A DNA stretch of 58,164 bases from assembly GCA_025453495.1 (NCBI GenBank), contig JALOQM010000003.1:1-58164 (forward strand), read 5' to 3'. Below are positions 43,576 through 53,760 of this stretch, one piece after another. Positions within the stretch are counted from its first letter, which is position 1. Every line of letters starts with the position of its first letter. This DNA is from Minisyncoccota bacterium (GTDB lineage Bacteria > Patescibacteriota > Minisyncoccia > Phycocordibacterales > UBA9973). The position numbers and the translations under genes are program-made. The notes beneath the pieces were generated by a model. The model was given only the letters and a program-made list of their open reading frames with translations, made no database searches and was not told where the DNA came from.

Positions 43576-44403
43576 ATGAAAAAAATTAGCAAAAAGTATA
43601 TTGGAGTCTTTGATTCTGGTTTTGGGGGACTGACCATTCTTCAGGGAATAGTCAAAGCGCTTCCACAATATGATTATATGTATCTTGGAGACACCGCTAG
43701 AGTGCCGTACGGGACGCGTTCGACTGATGTTATATATGAATTTACGAGACAAGCAATTGATTTCTTTTTTCAAAATGGTTGCACTCTTGTCATTTTTGCG
43801 TGTAATACTGCCTCAAGTGACGCACTTCGAAAAATTCAAAAAGACTATTTGCCAAAAAAGTATCCTGGTAAGCGAGTACTTGGAGTACTCATCCCCGCAG
43901 CTGAAGAAGCAGCTGCGCAGACAGTCAATAGTAGGGTTGGGGTGATCGCCACTGAAGCGACAGTTACGTCAAATGCATTTGTACGTGAAGTCACAAAGCT
44001 CAATCCACGTATTTCAGTATTTCAAAGTGCGTGTCCATTACTTGTCCCTATTATTGAAGCTGGAGAATACAATTCAATTATTGTCGACCTCATGCTCAAG
44101 AAATACTTGAGACCTCTTACAGCAAAAAAAATCGATACACTTATTCTTGGTTGTACGCACTACGGGATAATTAAATTGAAAATTAAAAAAGTAGTTGGAA
44201 AAAAAGTCACAATTATCTCTGAGTCGCAGGTAGTACCGAAGAAACTCAAAGACTATCTCGCACGCCATCCAGAAATTGAGAAAACACTCGGCAAGGGGAG
44301 AAAGCGTATTTTTTATTCAACTGATTTGACGGAGAAATTCGATAGACTAGGAAGTATCTTTTTTGGACAGAAAATCAAGGCAAAAAAAGCTCTATTAAGT
44401 TAA
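43576..44403 (+). CDS. murI: Glutamate racemase
   Basis: GVFDSGFGGLT, FACNTASS, LGCTHY. Confidence 0.9.
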   Translation: MKKISKKYIGVFDSGFGGLTILQGIVKALPQYDYMYLGDTARVPYGTRSTDVIYEFTRQAIDFFFQNGCTLVIFACNTASSDALRKIQKDYLPKKYPGKRVLGVLIPAAEEAAAQTVNSRVGVIATEATVTSNAFVREVTKLNPRISVFQSACPLLVPIIEAGEYNSIIVDLMLKKYLRPLTAKKIDTLILGCTHYGIIKLKIKKVVGKKVTIISESQVVPKKLKDYLARHPEIEKTLGKGRKRIFYSTDLTEKFDRLGSIFFGQKIKAKKALLS

Positions 44404-44525
44404 TGGTCCATCAATATGGTTTTTCTATTGCTGCTTACTCTTGAGCTATTATAAGTTTTTGTTTGGTTTTTTGTGAAAATAGAAGTGTTTATAATTGTAG
44501 TTATGCACTTTCATTCTATTTTGGT

Positions 44526-45479
44526 ATGGTAAAGAATATGAAAAAAATTATTGATCTACATCAAGATTTGCTTTTGTATCTGAAGCATCCTGAGTTATAT
44601 TCAGATACTAAGGAGAATAGAGTACAGACAAGCTTTGAAAAGTTAAAGGAAAATAATATCAAAGTTGCTATTGTGTCAGCTTTTCCTGTTCCTGAGAAAG
44701 AAGAGTACACTAATCCTATTACGAATATTCAAATTACCACTGAGCTTGAAACATATAATCAGTACTGTGTTACACATCCGGAATTCGTCATTATTAAAAA
44801 CAAGGAAGATCTCGATCGAATTTTCTCAACTGATGGTCTATATGGCCTTATTTTACATATTGAAGGTATAAATTCATTTGATCCGAACACCGATTGGTTA
44901 CTACTTGAACAGTGGTATCAACTTGGACTTCGCTCGATTGGACCAGTATGGATTATTAATAATCCATTCGGGGGTGGTACAAATGATGAAGGCGGACTTA
45001 CTTCTCTCGGTAGAGATCTTATTACATGGTGCGAAAAGAAAGGCGTAATATATGATTTTGCTCACATGAATGAGGAAACATTTTGGGATGCTACAAGAAT
45101 AGTTACACGACCGATTTTTGTTAGCCACGGCAATGCAAGAGCACTTGCAGACAGTGTTCGTAATTTGAGCGATGCGCAATTAATTAAGATCTCAGAGACT
45201 GGTGGTTGTTGCGGTATTTTTTTTGCAAAGAAATATCTTGGTGGAGACCCTGAACAAGGAATAGAAGTTATTCTTGAACATGCACTGTATATTATAAGTA
45301 TCACTGGAAAAGAATCGATCGCCATTGGGTCTGATTTTGGAGGAATTATTTCTGGTTTCATAAAAGGCTGTGAAAGTGTTGATATTCTTCAAGACTTTAT
45401 TATGCGAATGCCCTCCGAAATGCAAGAAAAAATTGCATCTCTAAATGCTCTTCGTGTTATACGATCTCATTTAAAATAA
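44526..45479 (+). CDS. Membrane dipeptidase (M19)-like metallo-hydrolase
   Basis: IIDLHQDL, HIEG, FVSHGNARAL, IGSDFGG pattern. Start ambiguous (ATG 44526 or 44538). Confidence 0.55.
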   Translation: MVKNMKKIIDLHQDLLLYLKHPELYSDTKENRVQTSFEKLKENNIKVAIVSAFPVPEKEEYTNPITNIQITTELETYNQYCVTHPEFVIIKNKEDLDRIFSTDGLYGLILHIEGINSFDPNTDWLLLEQWYQLGLRSIGPVWIINNPFGGGTNDEGGLTSLGRDLITWCEKKGVIYDFAHMNEETFWDATRIVTRPIFVSHGNARALADSVRNLSDAQLIKISETGGCCGIFFAKKYLGGDPEQGIEVILEHALYIISITGKESIAIGSDFGGIISGFIKGCESVDILQDFIMRMPSEMQEKIASLNALRVIRSHLK

Positions 45480-45484
45480 TAAAA

Positions 45485-45508
45485 AGCACTCATTTCTGAG
45501 TGCTTTTT
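45485..45508. terminator. Bidirectional terminator between convergent genes
   Basis: agcactca-tttc-tgagtgct, flanked by A5 and T5. Confidence 0.8.
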
Positions 45509-45521
45509 CTGAAAAAATAGT

Positions 45522-46832
45522 CTATCCGAATATTTTTTTCATTACTTCGAAAGAAATATTCATTAAACCGTTTATAATCTGAGGATCTACTCCATCTCCA
45601 TTGAGAAGATCATACTGGGTAAATCCTCTGCGTGTAATTAGTAATTCCTGAAAATACTTTTTTTCTTGCAAGAAATCATTTTGTAGTGGTCTAATTCTTT
45701 TGATTGCTTCACTTTTTTCACAATCATTTATGCTAGTCATTTTCGAATCATGTTCTCTTAGTAACTGATGCATTTCAATTAATCGGACTGCTGATTTAGT
45801 AAGATCAATCTCTGCATTGCATGGCAAGAAACTTAATTGTCCACCAGGGATAAGAATAAACCGTAAATGATTTGGTAACCAAGAAAAATTACCACTTTCA
45901 AGTAATGTAGTGTAGATTCGATTAACTGTTGTTCTAATCGAATCACCTTTTAAATAGTTCATCATATCTCTTCCTGTAACAGTAAATACATCTCCTATTT
46001 CGAATCTGATTTCTCGATGTGATTTCAGTAATTGTAGTTGTTTCCAATATGAAACAATCGCAATTAGTACAATCATTACTTCTTTAATAGGGAGATATCC
46101 TTCTGCAGAAACAATTGTATCTTCAGTAATCATCAATTCGTGAGCATTTTTAAGCTTCAAAAATGAATCAACAGGCTGTGTATCTACTTGAACAGAATCT
46201 AGTATTCTGCCATTATAATCACAGTATCGATTAAATATCTTCCTGTGTTTTTGATTTTCAGCAAGAATATAGTTTTCATTTTTCATAATTACTTCATAGA
46301 AAGTACTTACGAAATTATATTTCAATAACTCTGAATCTAAAATGACATTTTTTTCACCTATTGCGTCTTTTTTTGCTTGATGTTGTACATGTGCAAGATT
46401 AATTCTTTGAGAATATCGGCTAAGTGACTCAAAACTACCCTCTAAGAATTTATCTACATCTAATTGAAGATATGGAGAAAGAACTGATTCTGTTTGTTTT
46501 GCAACAAAAACTTTTCTTCCGCCTTGTGAAATAAATTCTGGATAGCCTCGATAATCGCGACCGCATTGATTACCTGCAAAATCACAAATAACAACACCCA
46601 TATGGGGGTACATGTTATTTGAAGTAGGATGTAGACCGACATGTGGTGTAGCGATAATTGAAGCACCGTCAAGACTAAGATTTGCAATATCTTTTGGCGT
46701 AAGTTTGTAAGGTTGGGCTTGCCAAGGATTGCATTCATCTTGTCCAACAATGTGAAAGTGAAATGCGTTTGTTTGAGATAAAATGGGGTTTTTATTGACC
46801 CACATTCGATGACTTGTTGATGTCTGAAACAT
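45522..46832 (-). CDS. Hypothetical protein (AT-rich orphan)
   Basis: 436-aa ORF with no recognisable motifs. Composition is AT-richer than its neighbours. Confidence 0.5.
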   Translation of the reverse strand: MFQTSTSHRMWVNKNPILSQTNAFHFHIVGQDECNPWQAQPYKLTPKDIANLSLDGASIIATPHVGLHPTSNNMYPHMGVVICDFAGNQCGRDYRGYPEFISQGGRKVFVAKQTESVLSPYLQLDVDKFLEGSFESLSRYSQRINLAHVQHQAKKDAIGEKNVILDSELLKYNFVSTFYEVIMKNENYILAENQKHRKIFNRYCDYNGRILDSVQVDTQPVDSFLKLKNAHELMITEDTIVSAEGYLPIKEVMIVLIAIVSYWKQLQLLKSHREIRFEIGDVFTVTGRDMMNYLKGDSIRTTVNRIYTTLLESGNFSWLPNHLRFILIPGGQLSFLPCNAEIDLTKSAVRLIEMHQLLREHDSKMTSINDCEKSEAIKRIRPLQNDFLQEKKYFQELLITRRGFTQYDLLNGDGVDPQIINGLMNISFEVMKKIFG

Positions 46833-46873
46833 AAAAATAGGATTTAAGTGAGTGATTTATTTGAAAAGAACAA

Positions 46874-46897
46874 AGCCCTCGGATAGATCCGGGGGCT
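46874..46897 (-). terminator. 10-bp hairpin with a T-rich tail on the minus strand, in the leader of the 436-aa gene
   Basis: agccctcgga-taga-tccgggggct. The minus strand continues TTGTTCTTTTC. Confidence 0.4.
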
Positions 46898-47183
46898 TAT
46901 GCATGGTTTCAAAGATATTTGTTACTACTTAGATATATTTGAATTCATGAATAAGACCCCGGACCGTTGTAAAGCGGCAGATAATAAACACATAGTTAAT
47001 CTTAATCATGAAATTTGATTTCATATATAATTTTTACTACATAACTAAAAATAAAGCAAGTATTTTTAGTTATCCACAGATTGTATAATTTATAACTTGA
47101 TTACTAATATACTAGTATGTTAGTATATGACACAGAAGATAAGTTATGAGATTTACTTATCAAAACAGTAAAAACTTCATGTT

Positions 47184-47243
47184 ATGAACAAGAACAACAA
47201 CGGCGGGGGCTGGAAGGCTCTCGGTGGTGGCGACAACTGGTAG
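47184..47243 (+). CDS. Candidate 19-aa peptide MNKNNNGGGWKALGGGDNW
   Basis: ATG...TAG read directly from the sequence. Followed by two hairpins, the second a terminator. No clear RBS or -10. Confidence 0.25.
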   Translation: MNKNNNGGGWKALGGGDNW

Positions 47244-47274
47244 CCATTGCACAGCCGCTTTTACAAGCGGCGAA

Positions 47275-47307
47275 AGCAGGCCTTGCGATAGCTTGAGCCT
47301 GCTTTTT
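47275..47307 (+). terminator. Rho-independent terminator immediately upstream of the deacylase gene
   Basis: agcaggc...gcctgct followed by T5. Preceded by the hairpin gccgctt-ttac-aagcggc (47254-47271). Confidence 0.6.
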
Positions 47308-47329
47308 ATTATATTTATTTGTATTCTCT

Positions 47330-48151
47330 ATGGATTATATTGAACAGCGCATATATGGTAGTAAGCCAGGTAAGACGGTGGCTATTGTTGGCTGTGTGCA
47401 TGGTTGCGAACGAATCGGACAAGCACTTATTTCAAAACTGCATAAGTGCCGGATAGAGAAAGGAATACTTCGTCTTATTTTGGCGAACCCAAAAGCATAT
47501 AAGAGGAATAAATATTTTTTAGAGAAAAATCTTAACGCTTCATTCCCTGGTATTCTTACTGGTGCGTATGAAGAAAGACTTGCATATCATTTGACTAAAG
47601 ATCTCAGTGACTGTGATATTGTTATCGATATTCATTCCATATCAGCTTCTTCTGGAATTGATACATGCATAACAACCGTGATGAACAGAGAGAATAAAAA
47701 AGTTATGAATATGATGAATATCAGGAAGATATTGTACGCCAACCCTAGCTATATACCGTACGCTCGATCAACACTTATCAATCATGTCAAATGTGGTATT
47801 TCACTTGAATATTATACCGATACTGGTAAAAGAAAAGCATTGCATCGGGCAGTCCGGGATGTTTACTCTATTCTTGGTGGATACAAAATGGTCAAAGTAA
47901 AAAAAGAAAAAAATAAGATAAAGAAAGAATTATTTTTGCTTTTTGACACATTACTACTCCCTTCAAAGAACTATATTCCGAATGCAGCGCTTCAAGAGGG
48001 TAGAAAAATAAAAAAAAACGAAGTAGTAGCTTCTTTTGGAAGCAAAAAAATTCATGCATTCTGTGATTTTTATCCTGTATTGCTAAAGAAAAAGCTAGAC
48101 ACTCAAGAAAGTACCCGGCTTTGTTTCATGGCACAGAAAAGTACCATATAA
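47330..48151 (+). CDS. Succinylglutamate desuccinylase/aspartoacylase (AstE/AspA, M14-like) family protein
   Basis: VAIVGCVHGCERIG, ANPKAY...EKNLNASFPG, IVIDIHS. Confidence 0.65.
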   Translation: MDYIEQRIYGSKPGKTVAIVGCVHGCERIGQALISKLHKCRIEKGILRLILANPKAYKRNKYFLEKNLNASFPGILTGAYEERLAYHLTKDLSDCDIVIDIHSISASSGIDTCITTVMNRENKKVMNMMNIRKILYANPSYIPYARSTLINHVKCGISLEYYTDTGKRKALHRAVRDVYSILGGYKMVKVKKEKNKIKKELFLLFDTLLLPSKNYIPNAALQEGRKIKKNEVVASFGSKKIHAFCDFYPVLLKKKLDTQESTRLCFMAQKSTI

Positions 48152-48153
48152 TA

Positions 48154-48402
48154 CTACTTGAAATATTTATTTATAAATGGTGCATGTAGTTTGTATTCTC
48201 GTGAACCACGGGTAACTGTGCCGATACCAACATTGTATTTCTTTGCTATTTCAGCTTGAGGTATATTCTGAGTAAGTTCTGTAAGAATATGAATTCTGTG
48301 CTCAATTGCTTTGTATTCCTGTGGTGTCAATAAGATGCCTAGCATCTTTTCAATGTCATCTGGAGCCAGTTCTTTAATTAGTATTGGCAGTGTTTGCTTC
48401 AT
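48154..48402 (-). CDS. TrpR-related YerC/YecD-family protein
   Basis: LLTPQEYKAIEHRIHILTEL...IAKKYNVGIGTVTRGSREYK. Confidence 0.7.
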   Translation of the reverse strand: MKQTLPILIKELAPDDIEKMLGILLTPQEYKAIEHRIHILTELTQNIPQAEIAKKYNVGIGTVTRGSREYKLHAPFINKYFK

Positions 48403-48417
48403 AGACTATTGCAGTAT

Positions 48418-50082
48418 TTATTTTTTTGATTTCTTACGAGAAACAGTTGCTTTTATAAATGCAGTAAATAGTGGGTGTGGCGCAAGTGGATGCGCGAGAA
48501 ATTCCGGGTGAAATTGGACACCGAGGAAAAATGGGTGGACCTTTGTCGGTAGTTCCGCAATCTCGCAGAGACGGCCATCAGGGGACTTTCCGGAGAATAC
48601 AAGACCAGCATTTTCAATCTCAGCTATGTACTCGGGATTTACTTCATAGCGATGGCGATGGCGCTCGGAGATGCTTGCTGCACCATATGCAGCATGTGCG
48701 ATACTTCCAGGACGTACATATGCCTTATAAGCACCAAGACGCATGCTATTACCGTAATTGCCCTCAGAGAGCTTCTTTTCTTGCTCATCAATGATGTCAA
48801 TGAGGAGGTGTTTTGATTTGGGATCAATCTCTCGCGATGTAGCTGATTTGATGCCAAGTACATTTCGTGCGTATTCGATGACCATAAGCTGCATGCCGTA
48901 GCAGAGGCCAAAATAGGGAATCTTGCGCTCACGTGCGTAGCGAATCGCCTTCATCTTACCTTCAACACCACGCGAGCCAAATCCACCCGGAACGAGTACG
49001 CCATCAAATTGTGAAAGCATCTCGACTTTCTTAGGATTTTTTTCAAAATCGATTGCATTGATCCAGGTGAGTATTGGTTTCTTATTTTGTGCGTATGCAG
49101 AGTATTTTATCGCTTCAATAACAGAAAGATAGGAGTCAGCGAGGACGAAATCTCCGGTATCAAAGTATTTTCCGACGACAGCGATACGGACTTCATCACT
49201 TGCGCGATGAATGCTTCTGACAAATGAGTTCCATGCAAGCGCGCTCGGTGCTTTCTTGGCCGGACAGGGAAGAGAGAGAATGTCACAAAACAGTGTTGAG
49301 AGTTTTTCTTTCTCAAAATTCCCTGGCACATCATAGATGCTTTCGACATCAGGTGCGCTGATGATACGGTTTGCGGAAGTATTGCAGAAGAAAGAAAGTT
49401 TCTCTTTGCGCTTCTCATCAAGCGAGTGTGTACCACGCGCGATGATGACATCTGGCTGGATACCAGAGGCATTTAAAGTCCGTACAGCATGCTGTGTTGG
49501 CTTTGTTTTCATTTCGCCGATCTTTGATGGTACAGGCAGATACGACACCATGACGAATGCGACATCACGCGGCTGCTCGATTTTCATCATACGTGCCGCT
49601 TCGAGGAACAGCATGTTTTGGTACTCACCGATAGTGCCACCTATCTCGATTATGGTTACATCGGCGTCTGCTTTCTTTTGCGCGCTTCTGATGCGGTGGA
49701 TGATCTCAAGCGGAATATGCGGCACAACCTCCACGCATTTACCCTTGTACTCAAGCGCGCGTTCCCGTTCGATGACGGAAAGGTAGACACGTCCTGTTGT
49801 CATGTAATTGATGCGAGTGAGCGTTGTATCGAGGAATCGCTCATAATTGCCCATATCTTGATCAGTCTCATCGCCATCTTCTAGCACAAACACTTCACCA
49901 TGCTCAGTGGGGTTCATGGTACCAGCATCAACATTTACATATGGATCAATTTTTATAGCAGTAACAGAAAGGCCGCGATCTTTCAAGATGCGGCCGATAG
50001 AGGAGGCAGCGACCCCTTTTCCCACCCCGGAGATAACTCCGCCGATGACGAAAATGAATTTAGGGTCACTCTTTTTTGCCAT
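48418..50082 (-). CDS. pyrG: CTP synthase
   Basis: FVIGGVISGVGKG, GATase GLCYGMQ, HRHRYEVN. The start was set to MAKKSDPKF (ATG 50082) rather than the ORF-track extension. Confidence 0.95.
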   Translation of the reverse strand: MAKKSDPKFIFVIGGVISGVGKGVAASSIGRILKDRGLSVTAIKIDPYVNVDAGTMNPTEHGEVFVLEDGDETDQDMGNYERFLDTTLTRINYMTTGRVYLSVIERERALEYKGKCVEVVPHIPLEIIHRIRSAQKKADADVTIIEIGGTIGEYQNMLFLEAARMMKIEQPRDVAFVMVSYLPVPSKIGEMKTKPTQHAVRTLNASGIQPDVIIARGTHSLDEKRKEKLSFFCNTSANRIISAPDVESIYDVPGNFEKEKLSTLFCDILSLPCPAKKAPSALAWNSFVRSIHRASDEVRIAVVGKYFDTGDFVLADSYLSVIEAIKYSAYAQNKKPILTWINAIDFEKNPKKVEMLSQFDGVLVPGGFGSRGVEGKMKAIRYARERKIPYFGLCYGMQLMVIEYARNVLGIKSATSREIDPKSKHLLIDIIDEQEKKLSEGNYGNSMRLGAYKAYVRPGSIAHAAYGAASISERHRHRYEVNPEYIAEIENAGLVFSGKSPDGRLCEIAELPTKVHPFFLGVQFHPEFLAHPLAPHPLFTAFIKATVSRKKSKK

Positions 50083-50189
50083 AACTATAGCTCTATGATA
50101 GCAACACCTTTCATTGAGTGCAAATATACCCAAAAAGTCTTATTCTGTGGTACTATTTCGGTAGTAACTATACTAATCGTAGCCATACT

Positions 50190-50591
50190 ATGCAAATAAA
50201 AAAAGGATACAAGACAAATATCGAAACACTAACATCTGAAAATACTGACTATCGCCGGGTGTTATATACTGCCGCGCATAGTCAGCTTGTGCTTATGAGC
50301 CTGCGCCCTGGCGAAGAGATAGGGGTTGAAATACACACTGAGAATGACCAATTCTTTCGCTTTGAGAAAGGCGAAGGGAAAGTCTTGATTAATGAAACAG
50401 AATACACTGTCTCTGATGGCGATGTGATTATTGTGCCTGCTGGAGCGACACACAATGTCATAAACGTCTCAGAGACAGAGTCACTCAAGCTCTATACGAT
50501 ATATTCTCCGGCACATCACAAAGATGGCATAGTGCATGCGACAAAAGCTGAAGAAAAAGAAGAAGAGTTTGACGGAGTCACCACAGAATAA
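50190..50591 (+). CDS. Cupin-domain protein
   Basis: GEEIGVEIH...DQFFRFEKGEG...VIIVPAGATHNV. ATG 50190 preferred. Confidence 0.7.
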   Translation: MQIKKGYKTNIETLTSENTDYRRVLYTAAHSQLVLMSLRPGEEIGVEIHTENDQFFRFEKGEGKVLINETEYTVSDGDVIIVPAGATHNVINVSETESLKLYTIYSPAHHKDGIVHATKAEEKEEEFDGVTTE

Positions 50592-51851
50592 TTAGCGTGA
50601 CTTAGCAATATCGCGCGGGTAAAAGAGATTTGCAGTCCATTCGGCTGCGATAGCGAAACGCTTACGCCATGATGGGAACTTAAAGAGATACACGGTGCGC
50701 CATATCCACCACGCGAATTTGCCTGCTATATTGATCGAATATATTTCGCCAACTGCAAACCATTGCCCAAGGGAGATCATTGATCCCTTATTTTTGAACA
50801 CACACATCTTAAATGGTTTGTTTTGAATTGCTGCAATGATGTTGTGTGCGACAATCGGCGCCTGTGCTGCTGCGACTTGCGCGAGCATGGGTAATTCTTT
50901 TTTGTCTTTGTCTTGTGTTGAAGCCATGTCACCAAATGCAAAAATATTTGTATGTCCAACTACGCGAAGATATGCATCAGTCTCCAGTCGACCTGATGGA
51001 CTCAGAGCGATCTGTGTATTGTCTGAAAATGGGAGCGTAACTGGTTTTACTCCAGCAAGCCAAAAGACATTTTTTGAGATAATTTCTGTACCATCTTTCG
51101 CCTGTACACCAGTGGCAGTTACTTTAGCAATAGGCATACCAAGATGGACGTGCACACCTTGTGCTGCAAGATGTGACATCACTTTGGTGCGGAGTGCTGG
51201 TGCGAAATGCGATAGTAATTCTGGTCCAGCAGTAATAAGTTTGATGGTGATATCAGCAGCAGCAATGCTTGAGTACTTAAAATAACGCTTCAGAAGTAAT
51301 GTGCAAAACTGCGGAAGCTCGGCAGCAAATTCGACTCCAGTCGCGCCGCCACCCACAATAACAAATGAGAGGAGTGCTTTTCGCTCATCAGCGTCTTGAG
51401 TCCTTGCTGCGGCTTCGAAGTTTTCGATGATAGTATTTTTGATTTTATTTGCATCATCGATACTTTTGAGTGGTAACCCAAATTGCTTTGCACCTGGAGT
51501 ATTATAATAGTGTGTCTCTGCTCCTGTTGCTATCACAAGGTAGTCATATGAGAGTATACGCTCACCAAGGTTGATATTTTTTTTCTGTGTATCTATACTT
51601 TCGGGAATATCTTCATATATTGTCACTGGGTATTTACCAAATATGTCACGGATAGATTCCACGACACTTGTAGGCGAAAGGCCACCTGTTGCTACTTCAT
51701 GTAAGAGGGGGGTAAAAAGAAAGTAATTTGTCGCGTTCACAATTGAGAGGTCGATGTGTCCTGACTGCACATACGGTAAAAGTCTTTTGGCAGTATACAT
51801 ACCACCGAAACCACATCCGAGAATTGCTACTTTTTTTGGTATTTGTTTCAT
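50592..51851 (-). CDS. ndh: Type II NADH dehydrogenase (NDH-2)-like FAD oxidoreductase
   Basis: VAILGCGFGG and VIVGGGATGVEFAAE dinucleotide motifs. 419 aa. Confidence 0.8.
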   Translation of the reverse strand: MKQIPKKVAILGCGFGGMYTAKRLLPYVQSGHIDLSIVNATNYFLFTPLLHEVATGGLSPTSVVESIRDIFGKYPVTIYEDIPESIDTQKKNINLGERILSYDYLVIATGAETHYYNTPGAKQFGLPLKSIDDANKIKNTIIENFEAAARTQDADERKALLSFVIVGGGATGVEFAAELPQFCTLLLKRYFKYSSIAAADITIKLITAGPELLSHFAPALRTKVMSHLAAQGVHVHLGMPIAKVTATGVQAKDGTEIISKNVFWLAGVKPVTLPFSDNTQIALSPSGRLETDAYLRVVGHTNIFAFGDMASTQDKDKKELPMLAQVAAAQAPIVAHNIIAAIQNKPFKMCVFKNKGSMISLGQWFAVGEIYSINIAGKFAWWIWRTVYLFKFPSWRKRFAIAAEWTANLFYPRDIAKSR

Positions 51852-51856
51852 ATGTT

Positions 51857-52588
51857 TTATGAGTATACCCCAAGATGTGAAAGAAATACTGTACGTTCCT
51901 CTCCAGTTATCACACGATGTTTGTTTGGTGAGAGGTTTCCAAGTGGGATGTTTATGATACGTACACGCTCAAGATCAATCACTTTCGCGCCAAGCGCTTG
52001 ACACATCCGTCTGATTTGTCTGTTTTTGCCTTCGGTAAGGATAATTGAAAAACGATCTTTTGCAAGACGTTTTGTTTTACAAGGTTTGGTTATGTAATCA
52101 CCAATTGCTACTCCATGCATCATTTTTTTGAGAAATGCGTCATCATATACTCCTTCAATAGTGACAACGTATTCTTTTTCATGTGCGAATTGTGGCTCAA
52201 GGAGGCGTTTTGTGATTCTTCCATCATTCGTCAAGATAATTAAGCCACGTGAGTCTTTGTCGAGACGCCCGACCGGGAATAGTCCCCGAGGTACTCCGGC
52301 CACATCTTTGATTGCTTGTTCCCCTTTGTGTGGATTGACCGTGACGATACCGATCGGTTTGTTGTATGCGATATAGGTTTTGTATTTCTGTGCGCCAGTT
52401 ATAACTACTACGTCACTTTCTTTTGTAACCTTTGATCCAAGTTCTGCTTTTTTTCCATTTATAGTAACGCGACCTGACCGAATCAGAGCATCAGCACCAA
52501 GCCGTGTTGTATCGCCACGAAGCGCAAGGTATTTATTGATTCGCATAGGGAAGTCTTGCGATATGTTTTTTGTCTCACTTTTTTTCAT
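51857..52588 (-). CDS. Pseudouridine synthase, RsuA/RluB family
   Basis: N-terminal S4-like region (RINKYLALRG...) and catalytic VGRLDKDSRGLIILTNDG. Confidence 0.85.
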   Translation of the reverse strand: MKKSETKNISQDFPMRINKYLALRGDTTRLGADALIRSGRVTINGKKAELGSKVTKESDVVVITGAQKYKTYIAYNKPIGIVTVNPHKGEQAIKDVAGVPRGLFPVGRLDKDSRGLIILTNDGRITKRLLEPQFAHEKEYVVTIEGVYDDAFLKKMMHGVAIGDYITKPCKTKRLAKDRFSIILTEGKNRQIRRMCQALGAKVIDLERVRIINIPLGNLSPNKHRVITGEERTVFLSHLGVYS

Positions 52589-53753
52589 GCAGTGGAGCTT
52601 TATTATCCTTCAATTTTGCTATAATCAAGAAACCGAGTAAAAGACAAATACCAGTTACAAGAAACAGTGTAGACGGTACAGCAGTAAATGCACACACTGA
52701 AATCAAAGCGGGGATGATGATATAGGCAAGCGGGGAGAGTGTACGGAACGCGCTGATGATACTTGGATTTGCACCGGAAACATGCTTAAAAAAGTAACTT
52801 TCGGTCATCACTTCAATTGAGCTTGCGCCGGCGCGTGTTGCAAATAAGACCGCTGCCCAAGCAAGCGGCAAGGTAATACCAAGCACACCTGACACTATAG
52901 TTGCCACAGCAATGATAGCAAATCCGACGTAGAGTATTTTTTTCTCACCGATTGCATCTGCGAGTTTTCCAAGAGGGAATTGGAAAAGTACAAATGGTGT
53001 AAGCATGATTGCAAATACCCATCCAATAGTGCTCCATGAGTAGCCGAGTGTTTCATGTAGATACAGTGGCATATAGATCACCATGACTACATAAAACGCT
53101 TGCAAGAGGAAGTTAGCGGCAAAGATCAGCAAGAGGTTTTTGTTTTTGAAAACATCTTTAACTGCAACCAGAGCTGAAGGAGTAGTATATATCGGATCAC
53201 GAAATGTTCTGAATCGTATGACAACTATCGCAAGTGCCACACACACAAGAAATGCTCCTAGTGCGTAGATGCCACTATAGCCTATTGTTCGTGTTATGGC
53301 TCCTGAAATCAGTGGGGAAAATACCCAGGCAATATTTACTGTTGTAAGATAAGCTCCACGAATACTCCCAACTGACTCATTTTCGGAATAATCTTCAAGT
53401 AATGTGTCTAAAGAGACTACAATGAGACTGTTTGTTACAAGCCACAGGACAAAAAGACCGATTGCTATTCCTTTGGTGTTAGTTAGTGAAAGACTATACG
53501 TACATGAAGCACTTAGCACAAAAAGCCCGACCAGTGTGCGATAGAGCCCGATTTGCGCAAAAGCGCGTGGGATCATAAGTACCAGGATAATTCCGAGTAC
53601 TGAGGCTGTCGAATATACCAAGCCAATCGACGCCGCTGGTAGGAACGTCCCAAGGAAACTTGAATTGACATACGCGGTCAGCGCGAGCAAGACAGCAAAA
53701 AAGAATCCGCATGCATAGATCGCTGTTGTAGGGCTTCCGAAAAATTTTCTCAT
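52575..53753 (-). CDS. MFS transporter
   Basis: About 12 TM helices in 392 aa. Confidence 0.7.
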   Translation of the reverse strand: MRKFFGSPTTAIYACGFFFAVLLALTAYVNSSFLGTFLPAASIGLVYSTASVLGIILVLMIPRAFAQIGLYRTLVGLFVLSASCTYSLSLTNTKGIAIGLFVLWLVTNSLIVVSLDTLLEDYSENESVGSIRGAYLTTVNIAWVFSPLISGAITRTIGYSGIYALGAFLVCVALAIVVIRFRTFRDPIYTTPSALVAVKDVFKNKNLLLIFAANFLLQAFYVVMVIYMPLYLHETLGYSWSTIGWVFAIMLTPFVLFQFPLGKLADAIGEKKILYVGFAIIAVATIVSGVLGITLPLAWAAVLFATRAGASSIEVMTESYFFKHVSGANPSIISAFRTLSPLAYIIIPALISVCAFTAVPSTLFLVTGICLLLGFLIIAKLKDNKAPLHEKK

Positions 53754-53760
53754 GAATCAA

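Noticed and set aside
50589-50594. Zero-nucleotide convergent abutment of the cupin and NDH-2 stop codons.
   Set aside because: This is consistent with the general compaction of this genome, and no additional signal was detected.
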